Below, piece by piece: positions 37,814 through 47,774 of a DNA stretch of 64,000 nucleotides; within the stretch, counting starts at the first letter, position 1, and every line of letters begins with the position of its first letter. A program made the translations under genes and the position numbers. The stretch is from Deltaproteobacteria bacterium (lineage in GTDB: Bacteria; Myxococcota; SpSt-1050). Under the pieces are notes generated by a model. That model was not told where the DNA came from and did not search any database. It saw nothing but the letters and a program-made list of their open reading frames with translations. The stretch is taken from NCBI GenBank assembly GCA_026416535.1, contig JAOAFA010000121.1, forward strand, positions 12,153 to 76,152, given 5' to 3'.

Positions 37814-39181
37814 ATGAGCCAAAAATATGATTTTCCAAAATCATTTTGGACAGCAAATGTAACTGAATTATTTGAACGTGCGGCCTATTATTCTATGGCA
37901 AGTTTTGTCGTAATCTACTTGGGACAACTTGGACTTGGAGATTATTGGCCAAGCACGCTAAATGGTGTTCTGTGGACCCTCATCTACTTTTTGCCTGTTT
38001 TATCAGGGACTATAGCTGATCAGATAGGTTTTAAGAAGGCCTTGATCATTGCTTTTGTGCTTCTATTTGTAGGGTATTTTATGATGAGTTTTCCGGTCTT
38101 TTTCTTTGGTAAATCGCTCAATCCTATCATAGAGAAGGAGATTACTGCTGGAATTGAGGTGGTCCTTCCTGTTATAATTGCCATATTACTAATTGGAGTG
38201 GGAGGCTCGTTCGTGAAACCCTGTATTTCAGGTACTGTTCAAAAGACATCTGCAGGTAAAGCCACATTGGCCTTTGCCATATTTTATATGGTTATTAATA
38301 TAGGTTCACTAACTGGACGAGGTATAGCTTATTATGTTAGGACGCAATCTTCTCTGACATATATATTTGTTGTAGCCTCTGTCTGTTCTATAGTTGCCTT
38401 GTTTGTGGTTCTATTCTTGTATAATGACCCAGAAAAGGAATTGGGGATAAAAAATGATAAACCAAGAAAGACCATAAAGGAGATTCTTATTAATATGGTA
38501 CTTGTTCTAAAAAATATTAGATTTGCACTCTTTTTATTGGTCTCAAGCGGATTTTTCTTTTTATATGCTCAGGTATATAATGTTCTTCCTCTCTACTTGA
38601 AAAAGACTATTGAAACTAATCCCCCTGTTGATTTATATACTATGGCAAACCCCTTAGTTATTGTATTTTTTCAGCTATTAGTTACTAAAATCTTTGGAAA
38701 GATGAAACCAATAAGGTCAATCATAGTAGGTATAATAATTATAAGTTTGTCTATGATTATCAATGTTATACCGCTCTTCGTAGAGGGGGGAGTCTATAGG
38801 GATGTGTTATCTATATTGCCTCTGGGTTCGTTATTTATAGTAATGACCGTAGCATTAATAGCATTTGGGGAACTATTTGCATCTGCTAGGACCTATGAAT
38901 ACATAGGTGCCCTTGCACCCAAAGGTCAGGAGGGATTATTTCTCGGTTATGCTAATCTGCCTATGGCTATAGGAGCCCTTCTTGGGGGACCTGTTGGTGC
39001 GGCTATCTTTAACGAGATTATGTGCAAAGATGCCACAAGACTTGAAAATGGGTTACTAAGACTTCAACCAGAGAGTGCGATAAAGGGTTGGCTTGTCCTT
39101 ATGTTAATAGGATTTGCATCAACTGTTAGTATGTATATTTACAATAGATGGATAGAAAGACAGAAATTAGCGGAGAGTTAG
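37814..39181 (+). CDS. POT/PTR2-family proton-dependent oligopeptide transporter (MFS)
   Basis: TELFERAAYYSMASFVVIYL is an ExxERFxYY-type POT signature. 12-14 TM helices. GAGG RBS before the ATG at 37814. Confidence 0.75.
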   Translation: MSQKYDFPKSFWTANVTELFERAAYYSMASFVVIYLGQLGLGDYWPSTLNGVLWTLIYFLPVLSGTIADQIGFKKALIIAFVLLFVGYFMMSFPVFFFGKSLNPIIEKEITAGIEVVLPVIIAILLIGVGGSFVKPCISGTVQKTSAGKATLAFAIFYMVINIGSLTGRGIAYYVRTQSSLTYIFVVASVCSIVALFVVLFLYNDPEKELGIKNDKPRKTIKEILINMVLVLKNIRFALFLLVSSGFFFLYAQVYNVLPLYLKKTIETNPPVDLYTMANPLVIVFFQLLVTKIFGKMKPIRSIIVGIIIISLSMIINVIPLFVEGGVYRDVLSILPLGSLFIVMTVALIAFGELFASARTYEYIGALAPKGQEGLFLGYANLPMAIGALLGGPVGAAIFNEIMCKDATRLENGLLRLQPESAIKGWLVLMLIGFASTVSMYIYNRWIERQKLAES

Positions 39182-39403
39182 AGAGGACATTGAGTTTTAA
39201 AAGATAGCCTAATAATCTTATATCTCGTAATGGCTAATAAAACCAAAGTTAGAGAACCCCTGATTAAGTATTTTGCATAATATGAGTCTCTTTGGTTCCT
39301 ACATTAAGGTCATTCTATAATTGAATCTGTTTCTTGTCAAAAATGTTGTTATAGGTTCATATTCTGGATAAGGACCTGGTGAGGGAGTCTTATATGCCAG
39401 TAA

Positions 39404-39913
39404 CTATGGAAATATGTTTATTAAGACGGCTCGTGTAGTCTCATCTATTCTGTATTTGTCAGCCAGTCCAGCATTTATCTCTAAAACATATCTCGAGGGT
39501 TTACCTATGCTTATATTATCCTCAGAGAGTGGTTTTGCGTTTTTATATGTTCCTACTACACTCATATCCGATGCTATAAAAATTAGGTCTAGTGGGATAT
39601 ATGTATTTTTCATCCAAAAATTGTGTATTGATTCATCCTTGAACAAGAATAACATTCCAGAATCTTCAGGGAGGTTCTCTCTAAACATGAGTCCTTTTTG
39701 TCTCTCCTCTTCTGTTATTGCCAGCTCAACCTTAAAGGTAACGATTAATTTATCTCCCCTATAGAATTGTACGAAGTGTGAGATATTGTTTATCTCGTCT
39801 GCAGGTTTATTTTCCGTTTTGAAATCACGTATACTACAGGAGATAAGTAGAATCAAAAATAACTCTATTGAGATGGCTCTTTTCAATATTAAAGGATAAT
39901 TATTCCCCGACAT
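39404..39913 (-). CDS. DUF192 family lipoprotein (second paralogue in the window)
   Basis: Lipobox LLISCS. Conserved GLMFRENLPEDSGMLFLF...PLDLIFI...YVLEINAG. Confidence 0.6.
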   Translation of the reverse strand: MSGNNYPLILKRAISIELFLILLISCSIRDFKTENKPADEINNISHFVQFYRGDKLIVTFKVELAITEEERQKGLMFRENLPEDSGMLFLFKDESIHNFWMKNTYIPLDLIFIASDMSVVGTYKNAKPLSEDNISIGKPSRYVLEINAGLADKYRIDETTRAVLINIFP

Positions 39914-40283
39914 CTTCAATAACTGCTTGACCCACATCCTGGGTTCCTGCTATACACTCTAGGCTCTGTTTTGGAACACAGAATGACGTGTTCTTTAGTT
40001 CAGGGTCAAGTGAGGCAAATCCTTTAAGACATCTGAACCCGGATGGACAATCTGCATTACTTATACAGGTTTTAGAGCAAAAACCGGCTGAACCTAAATA
40101 CGACAGGCACCAGTGGTGGATACAGTCTGAGGCTATGTCGTTAACTGCAATATTGTTTGAACAAGATTGAATGGGGATTTTGATCTCACAACTCTTGCCT
40201 ATGTCATCCTCTGTACAAGCAGCAACCTTTACAAGAATGATGAATATCGTAATCAGTGTAGTTGTTATTATTACTCTTCTCAT
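39900..40283 (-). CDS. Cys-rich secreted lipoprotein (about 12 Cys), unknown function
   Basis: MRRVIITTTLITIFIILVKVAAC lipoprotein signal. GGAGG RBS. Many Cys residues in a roughly 100-aa mature region. Confidence 0.5.
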   Translation of the reverse strand: MRRVIITTTLITIFIILVKVAACTEDDIGKSCEIKIPIQSCSNNIAVNDIASDCIHHWCLSYLGSAGFCSKTCISNADCPSGFRCLKGFASLDPELKNTSFCVPKQSLECIAGTQDVGQAVIEDVGE

Positions 40284-40345
40284 CCTCACTTCCTCCATTC
40301 ATTGGATTAATTACAACAAAGAGAGAAAGAAATCAAATTAATTCT

Positions 40346-40606
40346 CTAATGACACAAATATCTTACTATTGAAAGTCCTAATACCCCTGAGATGCTAAGC
40401 CATATAATATTTTTTGTTGTTGCTGAGTGAGGAAAGATGGTTCCATTTGCAAAAATCTCTGTTATTAAGATGAGAAGAAAAGCGAGATTGAGTCTGATAA
40501 AATTAAGTTTGTAATGTCCTATGTCTTTTACCGCGATGGCAAAGAATGTAGCTCCTATTGCCCATATAATGCTAGCCAAAAGTGCTGAGAATTCACCGAC
40601 ATACAT
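40346..40606 (-). pseudogene. Truncated EamA/DMT-family transporter fragment (about one third of a full-length gene)
   Basis: EFSALLASIIWAIGATFFAIAVKDIG... matches an EamA domain N-terminus. Only 86 codons, with no continuation in other frames. Confidence 0.4.
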
Positions 40607-40711
40607 AAGAGAATGAACGGTTTAGACCAAATTTCTAATTTAGGCAATTAATAAATAAAACCTATTTCTATCTGGCTTGACTTTTTTCAATAATTGTTTA
40701 TTTTTTGATGC

Positions 40712-41224
40712 ATGATTAAGCGAATTATATTTTTGTTTGTAATTGTTTTAATGGCCTGTTCAAACGAGGCAGACTTAAGCATTTGGGATATCAACACTGA
40801 TTGGGACAAGGATGCCGTGAGTGACACATCGGTGACTGATACCTCACTAATACAAAAGTACTACGAGTACGCCTGTACTGAAGTGAGAGAGAATGTAGTG
40901 TCAGTAGAAGGTCTTGTATACTATGATGGGGATGTGCCGGATACAGCGAAGCTCAGCATCGCGATAACTGTCAAACCTCCGCCCGGGGTGCCAACTTGTT
41001 ATTTCACAGTTAAGACGAAGCGATTTCCGTTTGGGTTTAGGTTTACAAATATCGAGAAGGATAGTGAGGTATATATTATGGCAGTCCTTAAAATGGATGG
41101 AGCAGCGATTCCAATCCCCAAAGAGGGGGTAGACTACTACGGGGATTTTGGGAAGACCCCCATAAAACTCACTAGTGATTTGAAAGATATAAAGATCTAT
41201 CTAAAGCTTTATAAGAAGGAATGA
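40712..41224 (+). CDS. Lipoprotein, unknown function
   Basis: Signal peptide plus lipobox VLMACS. Confidence 0.5.
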   Translation: MIKRIIFLFVIVLMACSNEADLSIWDINTDWDKDAVSDTSVTDTSLIQKYYEYACTEVRENVVSVEGLVYYDGDVPDTAKLSIAITVKPPPGVPTCYFTVKTKRFPFGFRFTNIEKDSEVYIMAVLKMDGAAIPIPKEGVDYYGDFGKTPIKLTSDLKDIKIYLKLYKKE

Positions 41225-41231
41225 GGCAGTT

Positions 41232-42815
41232 TTGAGGTTGAAAAAGATTATTCATCTAATTCGTTTGGTCTCTCTTATACTTGTCTCCAGTACTAATTTG
41301 CTTTACAGCTCTGGGATGGAGTCAACGGGTATAGGTATTAGGGCAAATGGGATGTCGAACTGTTGGATAGGAGAAGGGGGTGAGGTCTCCGGTCTCTTTT
41401 GGCAGCCCTCTGGCTTTGCTTTTCAGAGGGAGAGGCTCAAACTTTCGGCAGAGTACAGATTTTCGTATATATACTTTGGTTCGGAATATGGACCAAAAAA
41501 CTCAATGCCCTTCTTCCCCTCAGGGCATGATACTATGCTAACACAATATCGTCTCGAGCCAGAGAGAATACCAAGGGCCGATGAAGTAAAACCTATTAAT
41601 GTGCCTGTCCTTTTCTTCTCATTTAAACGGGATCTTTCTGAGGCGAGGGACCTTTTTAGAACTGTGGCTGTATCGGGTGGATTGATATCTACCACTGGAG
41701 GTGGTGGTGGACTTTCTAAAAGTATGTATTTTGAAAGAGGTGGTGAAAGGTTTCACATTGATACAGAGTATCTCATAAGTACCTTCTCTTTAGGGTTTCC
41801 TCTTGTCCTGTCCACTGAGATTTACAGAAATGTGGCAATAGGTATGGGGCCGGTCTTCAACGTCGGACTCACCATGGGCTCAAATTTTAAGAGGTTTACT
41901 TCAAATAACCCATCTGATAACTATCTGATCGTAAATCAGTATCCGTACAAGGCCTTCTCATTTGGTACAGGATTCATATTAGGCACACTCATTAGGTTTA
42001 GTGAAAAATTCCAATTAGGTCTACTTCTTAAGACGCCTTACAATCAGGTCTCACTGTTTGAGATGCGTTCGTTTAGACAGGGTCCACTCAATAGAATTAC
42101 GGTAGATTCTAAGGGAAATCTCTATAGGACAACTGGAGAGCCAAACAGTGGGAAAAACCCGATAGATAAATTCAATGAGGAAATGAAGTCAATGTTTTCA
42201 GATTTTGACCCCAACAGTATTAATCAGGACTATACAAGAGGTATCTACTACGATGTTGAAGACAAGGTCACTGCAACACTTAGGATACCACTAAGAGTAG
42301 GCTCCGGGCTTACGCTGAAGATAACTGAAGAGCTAAAGTTATATTTTGACTATTATGTTAGTTTCTGGTCACAGACTTTTCAGAAGATAGACTTTAAAGA
42401 TGGTATCCCCGGTATTTTGATGGACATGGATATAATCAAAGAGGGGGACCTCAAAGATACTCAAGAGTTTGCTTTAGGAGGCGAGTATTATGCAACAGAA
42501 CGACTTACCTTAAGGAGTGGTATTAGATTTGTTCCCACGTATTTGAAGAAGAATGGAGTCAAAAGGCTGTTGTTTCCCGAATATGAAGGTGTTATACCTG
42601 AGACAACAGTGAATGGGATCTCTGTATTCTCTGCAAATCCACTTACTTCATGGATGTTCTCTGGTGGATTTTCTTATCTTTTTGGAGATAATATTCGCTT
42701 TGATTACTTTATCCATTATACATATGCCATACCTCAGAAAGGGGCTGATGAAGGTGTGGGTGAGATATCAAGTTACTCTATTTCTACAGGAATAGGTATT
42801 ACAAGGAATTACTAA
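41232..42815 (+). CDS. Predicted outer-membrane beta-barrel protein
   Basis: Signal peptide. Beta-strand-rich, Gly/aromatic composition. C-terminal ...GIGITRNY. Probable TTG start. Confidence 0.5.
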   Translation: MRLKKIIHLIRLVSLILVSSTNLLYSSGMESTGIGIRANGMSNCWIGEGGEVSGLFWQPSGFAFQRERLKLSAEYRFSYIYFGSEYGPKNSMPFFPSGHDTMLTQYRLEPERIPRADEVKPINVPVLFFSFKRDLSEARDLFRTVAVSGGLISTTGGGGGLSKSMYFERGGERFHIDTEYLISTFSLGFPLVLSTEIYRNVAIGMGPVFNVGLTMGSNFKRFTSNNPSDNYLIVNQYPYKAFSFGTGFILGTLIRFSEKFQLGLLLKTPYNQVSLFEMRSFRQGPLNRITVDSKGNLYRTTGEPNSGKNPIDKFNEEMKSMFSDFDPNSINQDYTRGIYYDVEDKVTATLRIPLRVGSGLTLKITEELKLYFDYYVSFWSQTFQKIDFKDGIPGILMDMDIIKEGDLKDTQEFALGGEYYATERLTLRSGIRFVPTYLKKNGVKRLLFPEYEGVIPETTVNGISVFSANPLTSWMFSGGFSYLFGDNIRFDYFIHYTYAIPQKGADEGVGEISSYSISTGIGITRNY

Positions 42816-43195
42816 ACTTTAATAGGGTGGTTAATCTAATAGGCTAAGAGTCTTTTCCTTGAGGTACTTTGACTGATTTTCGTATCCTGGAAGTTATCTA
42901 AGACCGACCCTCCCTTTTCATTATTCATAGTCCACAATCAATAGAAAAGACCTATTCATATAATGGGTTGGGTAGTTCTGTATACATTTTACTTGTATTT
43001 ACCATCTTTAGCTTTTGTAAATTTTGCCAATTAATAAAAATAGATATTTTGTTTATTGTTCGCTCTAAGGAAGATCTAGTCATGCAGTAGAAAGAGGTAC
43101 GAAGTTTATCTCTAAAAGTAAAGTATGTTTGAAAAAATCGATCTATGTAGTTTTGGTTAGAAATACTGAAATAAGGCAATTTGAGAAGATAGTCT

Positions 43196-43222
43196 CTTAC
43201 GTACTTAGTAAGCTGATTTTTT
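43196..43222 (+). terminator. Weak hairpin (CTTAC-gtactta-GTAAG) followed by a T-run
   Basis: Seen directly. The stem is only 5 bp. Confidence 0.25.
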
Positions 43223-43242
43223 CAAAATACTGAAGTTATATA

Positions 43243-45687
43243 TTAATCTTCCTTAATTCTCATTTTGTAAAATGATCTATAGATAAACGCAATTGCTACA
43301 ATAAAGAAACCACCAGATAATATATGTTTAACTAAAATGATCTCCTCAGGGATTGTAATAGCTAACTCTACTGCTAGGAGTCCAAACAGTGTGGTGAACT
43401 TAATGATGGGATTCATTGCCACTGAGGATGTATCCTTAAATGGGTCGCCGACTGTGTCGCCAACTACAGTAGCGGCGTGTAGATCAGTGTTTTTAGCGTT
43501 TAGTTCTGTCTCTACTATCTTCTTTGCATTGTCCCATGCACCTCCAGCATTGGCCATGAATATTGCCTGGAATAATCCAAATACGGCAATGGATATTAGA
43601 TACCCAATGAAGAAATAATGATGTAGACAGGCAAATGCAAGAGTAGCAAAAAAGACAGCTAAGAAGATATTAAACATACCTCGCTGAGCATAATTGGTGC
43701 ATATCTCAACGACTTTTTTACTGTCGGAAATACTTGCCCTTTCTCCACCACCTTCGAGTTTTATATTCTTTTTAATAAACTCAACGGCTCTGTAGGCTCC
43801 TGTCGTAACTGCCTGAGTTGCTGCTCCAGTAAACCAATAAATAACAGCTCCACCTGCTATAAGACCGAGTAAAAATAGGGGATTTAATATTGATAGTCCT
43901 TCATACACAGAGGATTCACCAAACATGCTTCTAAGGACCTGTATTATTGAAAATATTAAAGTTGTCGCACCTACCACAGCAGTTCCGATGAGAACTGGTT
44001 TTGCGGTCGCCTTAAAGGTATTTCCAGCACCATCGTTTTCCTCAAGATATTCTTTCCCTTTCTCAAAATTGGGTTCGAAACCAAAGTTGTTCTTTATATC
44101 CTCTTTAATATTTGGGATATTTTCGATAGTAGATAACTCATAGACAGATTGTGCATTATCGGTTACAGGTCCGTAGGAATCAACAGCTATAGTGACCGGT
44201 CCCATACCTAAAAATCCAAATGCTACTAGTCCAAACGCAAAGACAGCTGGGGCATACATAATGTCACCTAGATCGGCGGTTGAGACCGCATATGCGATAC
44301 TCATTAAGACGATGATCACAAACCCAAGCCAGAAAGATGAAAAATTCCCAGCTACAAAGCCACTCAAGATATTAAGTGATGCTCCACCTTCTTTTGAGGA
44401 GTTTAAGACCTCTCTAACATGACGTGAATTTGTTGAGGTAAAAATCTTTACAAACTCTGGGATGAGGGCTCCGGCTAATGTCCCACAGGTGATAATTGTG
44501 GCCAGTTTCCACCACATAGTGGGATCTGTGGCGAGCTCTGGAATGAGAAGAGCTGATAGTGTGTATGTCATGATGATCGAGAGGATCGACGTTATCCATA
44601 CGAGAGAGGTAAGAGGTGTCTCAAAATTGAGTTTATCTACATTGCTGTATTTTGCCTTTGAGATCAAGCCATTAATCCAATAAGCAAGAGCACTTGTTAC
44701 AATCATTCCAACACGCATAATAAAAATCCATGTAAGAAGCTGAACTTGTGTAATCACATTATTTACGGCAAGTAATATAAATGTAATTAGTGCTACCCCA
44801 GTGACACCGTAAGTCTCAAAGCCATCGGCTGTGGGACCTACAGAATCACCTGCATTATCACCTGTGCAATCCGCAATAACACCAGGATTTCTCGCATCAT
44901 CCTCCTTTATCTTAAACACTATCTTCATCAGATCAGATCCAATATCTGCAATCTTAGTAAAAATTCCACCAGCGATTCTTAAAGCGGCAGCACCGAGGGA
45001 TTCCCCTATTGCAAAGCCTATGAAGCAAGGACCGGCAAGGTCGCCTGGTATTACAAGCATGATAAATAACATTATTATAAGCTCTACGGAGATAAGAAGC
45101 ATACCTATACTTATTCCTGATTTAGCAGGGATCTCATATACTGGGTATGGGTTTCCTTTAAGGCTTGCAAAAGCAGTTCTCGAATTTGCATAGGTATTTA
45201 TCCTCATACCGAACCATGCAACAGAGTATGATCCTAATATTCCGACTATGGAGAAAAGAACGATAATTATGACATGGAATAGGGGTGTATGAACAAGTAT
45301 TCCAAAATATACAACTATGATGACTGCCACAAATACCCAAAGAATAGCTAAAAACTTGCCTTGCGTAATCAGGTATGTCTTGCAGGTTTCATATATAAGC
45401 TCTGAAATTTCAAGCATTGCCTTGTGAACAGGTAACCTCTTTATACTAATAAACTGAACTATCCCGAACAACATGCCAAGAAGGCAAATGACAAAGCCTA
45501 TCCATAGTAGTGTTGCACTGGACATCCCAAAGAATGTGACAATACTTGAATCATACAAGTCAGGAAGTTTTAATTGAGCCTCACTACCAAAAACGGGCGA
45601 GGTTAGAAAGATCGTTAGAATGATCAATGGTAATATGAAAGATGACTTTGCAAATCTCCGTATTAATGATATTACCTTTGATCTCAT
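43243..45687 (-). CDS. hppA: Membrane-bound proton-translocating pyrophosphatase (V-type H+-PPase)
   Basis: Signature motifs GGIFTKIADIGSDL, DCTGDNAGD and VGDTVGDPFKDTS. 15-16 TM helices. ATG with AAAGGAG RBS. The ORF-track upstream extension uses TTG. Confidence 0.92.
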   Translation of the reverse strand: MRSKVISLIRRFAKSSFILPLIILTIFLTSPVFGSEAQLKLPDLYDSSIVTFFGMSSATLLWIGFVICLLGMLFGIVQFISIKRLPVHKAMLEISELIYETCKTYLITQGKFLAILWVFVAVIIVVYFGILVHTPLFHVIIIVLFSIVGILGSYSVAWFGMRINTYANSRTAFASLKGNPYPVYEIPAKSGISIGMLLISVELIIMLFIMLVIPGDLAGPCFIGFAIGESLGAAALRIAGGIFTKIADIGSDLMKIVFKIKEDDARNPGVIADCTGDNAGDSVGPTADGFETYGVTGVALITFILLAVNNVITQVQLLTWIFIMRVGMIVTSALAYWINGLISKAKYSNVDKLNFETPLTSLVWITSILSIIMTYTLSALLIPELATDPTMWWKLATIITCGTLAGALIPEFVKIFTSTNSRHVREVLNSSKEGGASLNILSGFVAGNFSSFWLGFVIIVLMSIAYAVSTADLGDIMYAPAVFAFGLVAFGFLGMGPVTIAVDSYGPVTDNAQSVYELSTIENIPNIKEDIKNNFGFEPNFEKGKEYLEENDGAGNTFKATAKPVLIGTAVVGATTLIFSIIQVLRSMFGESSVYEGLSILNPLFLLGLIAGGAVIYWFTGAATQAVTTGAYRAVEFIKKNIKLEGGGERASISDSKKVVEICTNYAQRGMFNIFLAVFFATLAFACLHHYFFIGYLISIAVFGLFQAIFMANAGGAWDNAKKIVETELNAKNTDLHAATVVGDTVGDPFKDTSSVAMNPIIKFTTLFGLLAVELAITIPEEIILVKHILSGGFFIVAIAFIYRSFYKMRIKED

Positions 45688-45867
45688 ATTAAATCTCCTT
45701 TCTCGATAAAAGTTTGCCAAATCATTGGTGATGGTAATTATGAAATATAACGCAATTAGTCAAGAAATATTATAAGGTTGTTCTATTTTTAACAAACTCA
45801 AAAAATCCTTAGGCTTGATTTTGAAGAATATATATGATATTTTCCTTCACTTTAAGGAGGAAATTTT

Positions 45868-46587
45868 ATGAATAAAGTATTTTTTGTTTCGCTTATTATT
45901 TTAATAGTAGGTTTTAATGTATCTGCGCAAGAGACAAACAAACCAGCACAGGAAACAGATAAACCAGCCGAGTTATCCAAGGATGTAAAAACCACTGAGA
46001 CAAATGTTGTTCCCGATAAAAAAGAGGAGACCCAACAGCCAAAGGATTTAACTGAGAAGACTAAGGGGGTACAGTTAACTGACAATGGTCATAAAGATTC
46101 AAAAGTTGATTTTGAGTACAAGAAATATAGTTCGATTGGTCTGAATATATCCAGTCATTCAGGAATTGGACTCTCTTATAGATCCCATCTCGGTTCACCG
46201 CTGCTTTTTCAAATTTCTGGTGGAGTAATATCAAGGGGACAATCATATTTTTATACAGTAGGGGCAGAGATTCAAAGGGAACTATCGAAGAGTAAGGATA
46301 AAAGGGCATTTGGCTCGATAGCCTTTGGTATTTATGGTGAGAGGGAAAAGAAGGTATATGAAGTGGGATATGGTGTGGAGATGGAGAGGTCAGAAAAATG
46401 GACAATCAGCAATGTTTATTCATTTGCTGTTGGGGTGGGCGGAGAGTTGGCGTTTGGAAGTTCGATAATAGATACTCTCACTATTGGGTGTGAAATATAC
46501 CCTGTTGGAATTTATATAGATGAAAGTGATGACAGTCCATTTAATATGTTCCCAGGTGCATCCTTGTATCTTTACTACAATTTCTAA
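45868..46587 (+). CDS. Small outer-membrane beta-barrel protein (OmpW/OmpA-like 8-strand class) with Lys/Glu/Thr/Gln-rich N-terminal linker
   Basis: Signal peptide ending in an AQE cleavage site. Low-complexity linker, then beta-barrel-like region ending YLYYNF. Strong RBS AAGGAGG. Confidence 0.55.
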   Translation: MNKVFFVSLIILIVGFNVSAQETNKPAQETDKPAELSKDVKTTETNVVPDKKEETQQPKDLTEKTKGVQLTDNGHKDSKVDFEYKKYSSIGLNISSHSGIGLSYRSHLGSPLLFQISGGVISRGQSYFYTVGAEIQRELSKSKDKRAFGSIAFGIYGEREKKVYEVGYGVEMERSEKWTISNVYSFAVGVGGELAFGSSIIDTLTIGCEIYPVGIYIDESDDSPFNMFPGASLYLYYNF

Positions 46588-46619
46588 GAATAACCTTTAT
46601 TGAGGATTCTTATTTTGTT
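46586..46619 (+). terminator. Putative rho-independent terminator (AAGAAT...ATTCTT hairpin followed by ATTTTGTT)
   Basis: Seen directly after the stop at 46585-46587. The stem is 6 bp. Confidence 0.3.
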
Positions 46620-46811
46620 AATTTAGCTGGAAAAATACACACAACAGTGTTGTTTCTTTCCCTCTTTGTTTTTAATCGTACTATTTTATTGATAAGCTAG
46701 CTATTTTGCGGCATCGCGGGGATGATAGGTTTAAAAGAGAAGCTTACTCAGAATGCTAAATAGGTGTAATGTGTTCGGATGATAAATAGTTCTCTACTCG
46801 GTTGAAGGGGC

Positions 46812-47246
46812 TTATGATGGTTTACATGCCAATAGTTGCAAAGTTTTGTTTGGATATTTAAAGATTACCATTTTAGGCACGTTGGTGCTCACTGAACGAA
46901 CTATTCCTTCTGAATCTTTATAAAACAACTCTCCAGAGATGCAATCCTCCTCTAGCTTAGCAAAAAATACACCCCACGGAGGATTGCTTATTAGGTCAGT
47001 ATTACGGGTATGAAGGCTGTCAAGGGATTTGTTTTAATATTTTTATGAGTTCGATGCCGTTAATTTGAGGCATCATAACATCAGATACTATACAATCAGG
47101 TTCTATACTGACAGCCAAGTCAAGGGCATGCTGATCTCTCTTGCAAAGAAGATATCATATATCCCATCTCTTAAAGAGTCTTTGTAAAGACTGAGGTTTT
47201 CCTCCTCATCATCAACAAACAAGATTTTGTATTTTGAGTCTCCCAT
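46812..47246 (-). pseudogene. Degenerate response-regulator receiver (REC) gene with frameshift and premature stop
   Basis: The minus strand reads MGDSKYKILFVDDEEENLSLYKDSLRDGIYDIFFAR. After a frame change it continues DQHALDLAVSIEPDCIVSDVMMPQINGIELIKILKQIP*. This is a classic REC pattern broken after FFAR and truncated after KQIP. Confidence 0.55.
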
Positions 47247-47320
47247 AAATTGCTTCCGATCATTAATGACATAGAAAGCTGTTTTCTATGGGGTATCGAG
47301 TAAAAAATGAATCTACTAGG

Positions 47321-47752
47321 TTAGTCGAGAATTCTGAGTAGACCATCCCTTAAAGTTATCATCTCATCAATTAAAAGCCTCATCTGCTCAGTTAGAAATC
47401 TCAGTTTATCGGCACTACTAGGGGTTAATGCCTCCTCCTTAATTAATTCTCTTGAATCTTTAACTCTGAGTATCCTTTTAGCACCTGATATAGTAAATTT
47501 TTTTACCTTGAGAAGATGTTTAATCTGTAAAAGCATTTCAATGTCGGACTTACGGTAAAGCCTTCTATTACCTCTTCCCCGCATTGGCTTTATAAAGTCT
47601 TTGAATTCTGATTCCCAAAATCTAATTACATATGGTTTCTCTTTGATTATCTCACTAACTTCCTTGATAGCGTAAATAGGTTTTACTTTAAAAAGGGGTA
47701 TAGTGAGGTCCTTAAGGTAAAACTCGGGAATAGTATTTGGTTTATTGATCAT
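47321..47752 (-). CDS. MerR-family transcriptional regulator, immediately downstream of pheT
   Basis: HTH region YAIKEVSEIIKEKPYVIRFWESEF...GNRRLYRKSDIEMLLQIKHLL fits MerR. Confidence 0.65.
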   Translation of the reverse strand: MINKPNTIPEFYLKDLTIPLFKVKPIYAIKEVSEIIKEKPYVIRFWESEFKDFIKPMRGRGNRRLYRKSDIEMLLQIKHLLKVKKFTISGAKRILRVKDSRELIKEEALTPSSADKLRFLTEQMRLLIDEMITLRDGLLRILD

Positions 47753-47774
47753 TTTTTAAATTTTTGAATCTCTG

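Noticed and set aside
42816-43242. Possible small gene or ncRNA in the convergent gap between the OM barrel gene and hppA
   Set aside because: Only a weak 5-bp hairpin with a T-run (43196-43222) is discernible. The ORF at 42952-43179 lacks an RBS and any motif.
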